From NCBI RefSeq assembly GCF_004010195.1, contig NC_057738.1, positions 18,555,622-18,619,621 of the forward strand: DNA of 64,000 nt, given 5' to 3'. Positions 62,804 through 64,000 of the stretch are shown here, piece by piece. Under the pieces are notes generated by a model that was not told the origin of the DNA, did not search any database, and worked only from the letters and a program-made list of their open reading frames with translations. The number at the start of each line of letters is the position of its first letter. The first letter of the stretch is position 1. Source of the stretch: Chiloscyllium plagiosum. Its lineage: Eukaryota. The translations under genes were made by a program, and so were the position numbers.

Positions 62804-64000
62804 GGTTCTGGATTAGTGGTGCTGGAAGAGCACAGCAGTTCAGGCAGCATTCCAGAAGCAGTAAAATTGATGTTTCGGGCAAAAGCCCTTCATCAGGAAT
62901 ACAGGCAGAGTGCCTGAAGCGTGGAGAGATAAATGAGAGGAGGTGGGGCTTGGGAGAAAGTAGCATAGAGTACAATAGATGAGTGGGTGAGGGGATGAAG
63001 GTGATAGGTCAGGGAGGAGGATGCAGTGGATAGGTGGAAAAGAAGATAGGCAGGTAGGACAAGTCATGGGGACAGTGCTGAGCTGGAAGTTTGGAACTGG
63101 GGTGAGGTGGGGGAAGGGGAAATGAGGAAACTGTTGAAGTCCACATTGATGCCCTGGGGTTGAAGCCACACCGACCTGTGGCCCAACATTTCAATTCCCC
63201 CTCCCACTCTGCCGAGGACATGGAGATCCTGGGCCTCCTTCACNNNNNNNNNNNNNNNNNNNNNNNNNNNNNNNNNNNNNNNNNNNNNNNNNNNNNNNNN
63301 NNNNNNNNNNNNNNNNNNNNNNNNNNNNNNNNNNNNNNNNNNNNNNNNNNNNNNNNNNNNNNNNGTTCCTGCGGTGGCAGGGGAAAGTGCCAGGATGGGA
63401 GGGTGGGTGGTAGGGGCGCGTGGACCTGACCAGGTAGTCATGGAGGGAAGGGTCTTTGCAGAAGGCGGAAAGGGGTGGGGAGGGAAATATATCCCTGGTG
63501 GTGGGGTCTGTTTGGAGGTGGTGGAAATGTCGGTGGATGATTTGGTTTATGCTAAGGTTGGTAGGGTGGAAGGTGAGCACCAGGGGCGTTCAGTCCTTGT
63601 TACGATTGGAGGGGTTGGGTCTGAGGGCAGAGGTGCGGGATGTGGATGAGATGCGTTGGAGGGTATCTTTAACCACGTGAGAAGGGAAATTACAGTCTCT
63701 AAAGAAGGAGGCCATCTAGTGTGTTCTGTGGTGGAACTGGTCCGCCTGGGAGCCGATACGGCGGAGGCATAAGAATTGGGAATACGGGATGGCATTTTTG
63801 CAGGAGGTAACGTGGGAAGAGGTGCAATCCAGGTAGCTGTGGGAGTCAGTGGATTTGTAAAAAATGTCAGTGTCAAGTCGGTCGTCATTAATGGAGATGG
63901 AGAGGTCCAGGAAGGGGAGGGAGGTGTCAGAGATGCTCCAGGTAAATTTAAGGTCAGGGTGGAATGTATTGGTGAAGTTGATGAATTGCTCAACCTCCTT
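62804..64000 (-). mobile_element. Penelope-like retroelement (RT C-terminus, GIY-YIG, 3' end with family B hammerhead)
   Basis: LTFHPTNL...PPLSAF.KD.SL.DYLVRS...PGTFPCHRRN, LQPQGINVDF, HFNSPSHS; hammerhead CTGATGA-AGGGCTTTTGCCC-GAAA-CATC on the minus strand at 62869-62896; runs off the window end. Confidence 0.9.
63244..63363. other. Assembly gap
   Basis: Run of N. Confidence 0.99.

Overview
This is repeat-dominated, apparently non-coding vertebrate DNA. The repeat set (HE1-type tRNA-headed SINEs, CR1/HER1-type LINEs, LF-SINE-like and Deu-domain SINEs) points to a cartilaginous fish, probably a shark; that assignment is inference. I found no supportable host protein-coding exon: the recognisable ORF-track peptides are decayed transposon proteins (CR1 esterase/endonuclease/RT, Rex1/Babar RT, Gypsy RT/RNase H/integrase, Penelope RT/GIY-YIG). 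The most notable signal is a dispersed set of about a dozen minimal hammerhead-ribozyme motifs (CTGATGA-stem II-GAAA-palindromic AGCT/ACGT-cleavage triplet). They are carried by Penelope-like element (PLE) ends and by short 150-260 bp fold-back elements built from those ends. Two of these hairpins have exact 14-15 bp target-site duplications, which fits retro-insertion rather than DNA-MITE transposition. Other points are several multi-level nested insertions with readable TSDs, a rearranged Gypsy element with an inverted integrase segment, a probable templated repair patch, and two assembly gaps. Family names come from recognition of motifs, not database searches, and boundaries of old repeats are approximate.
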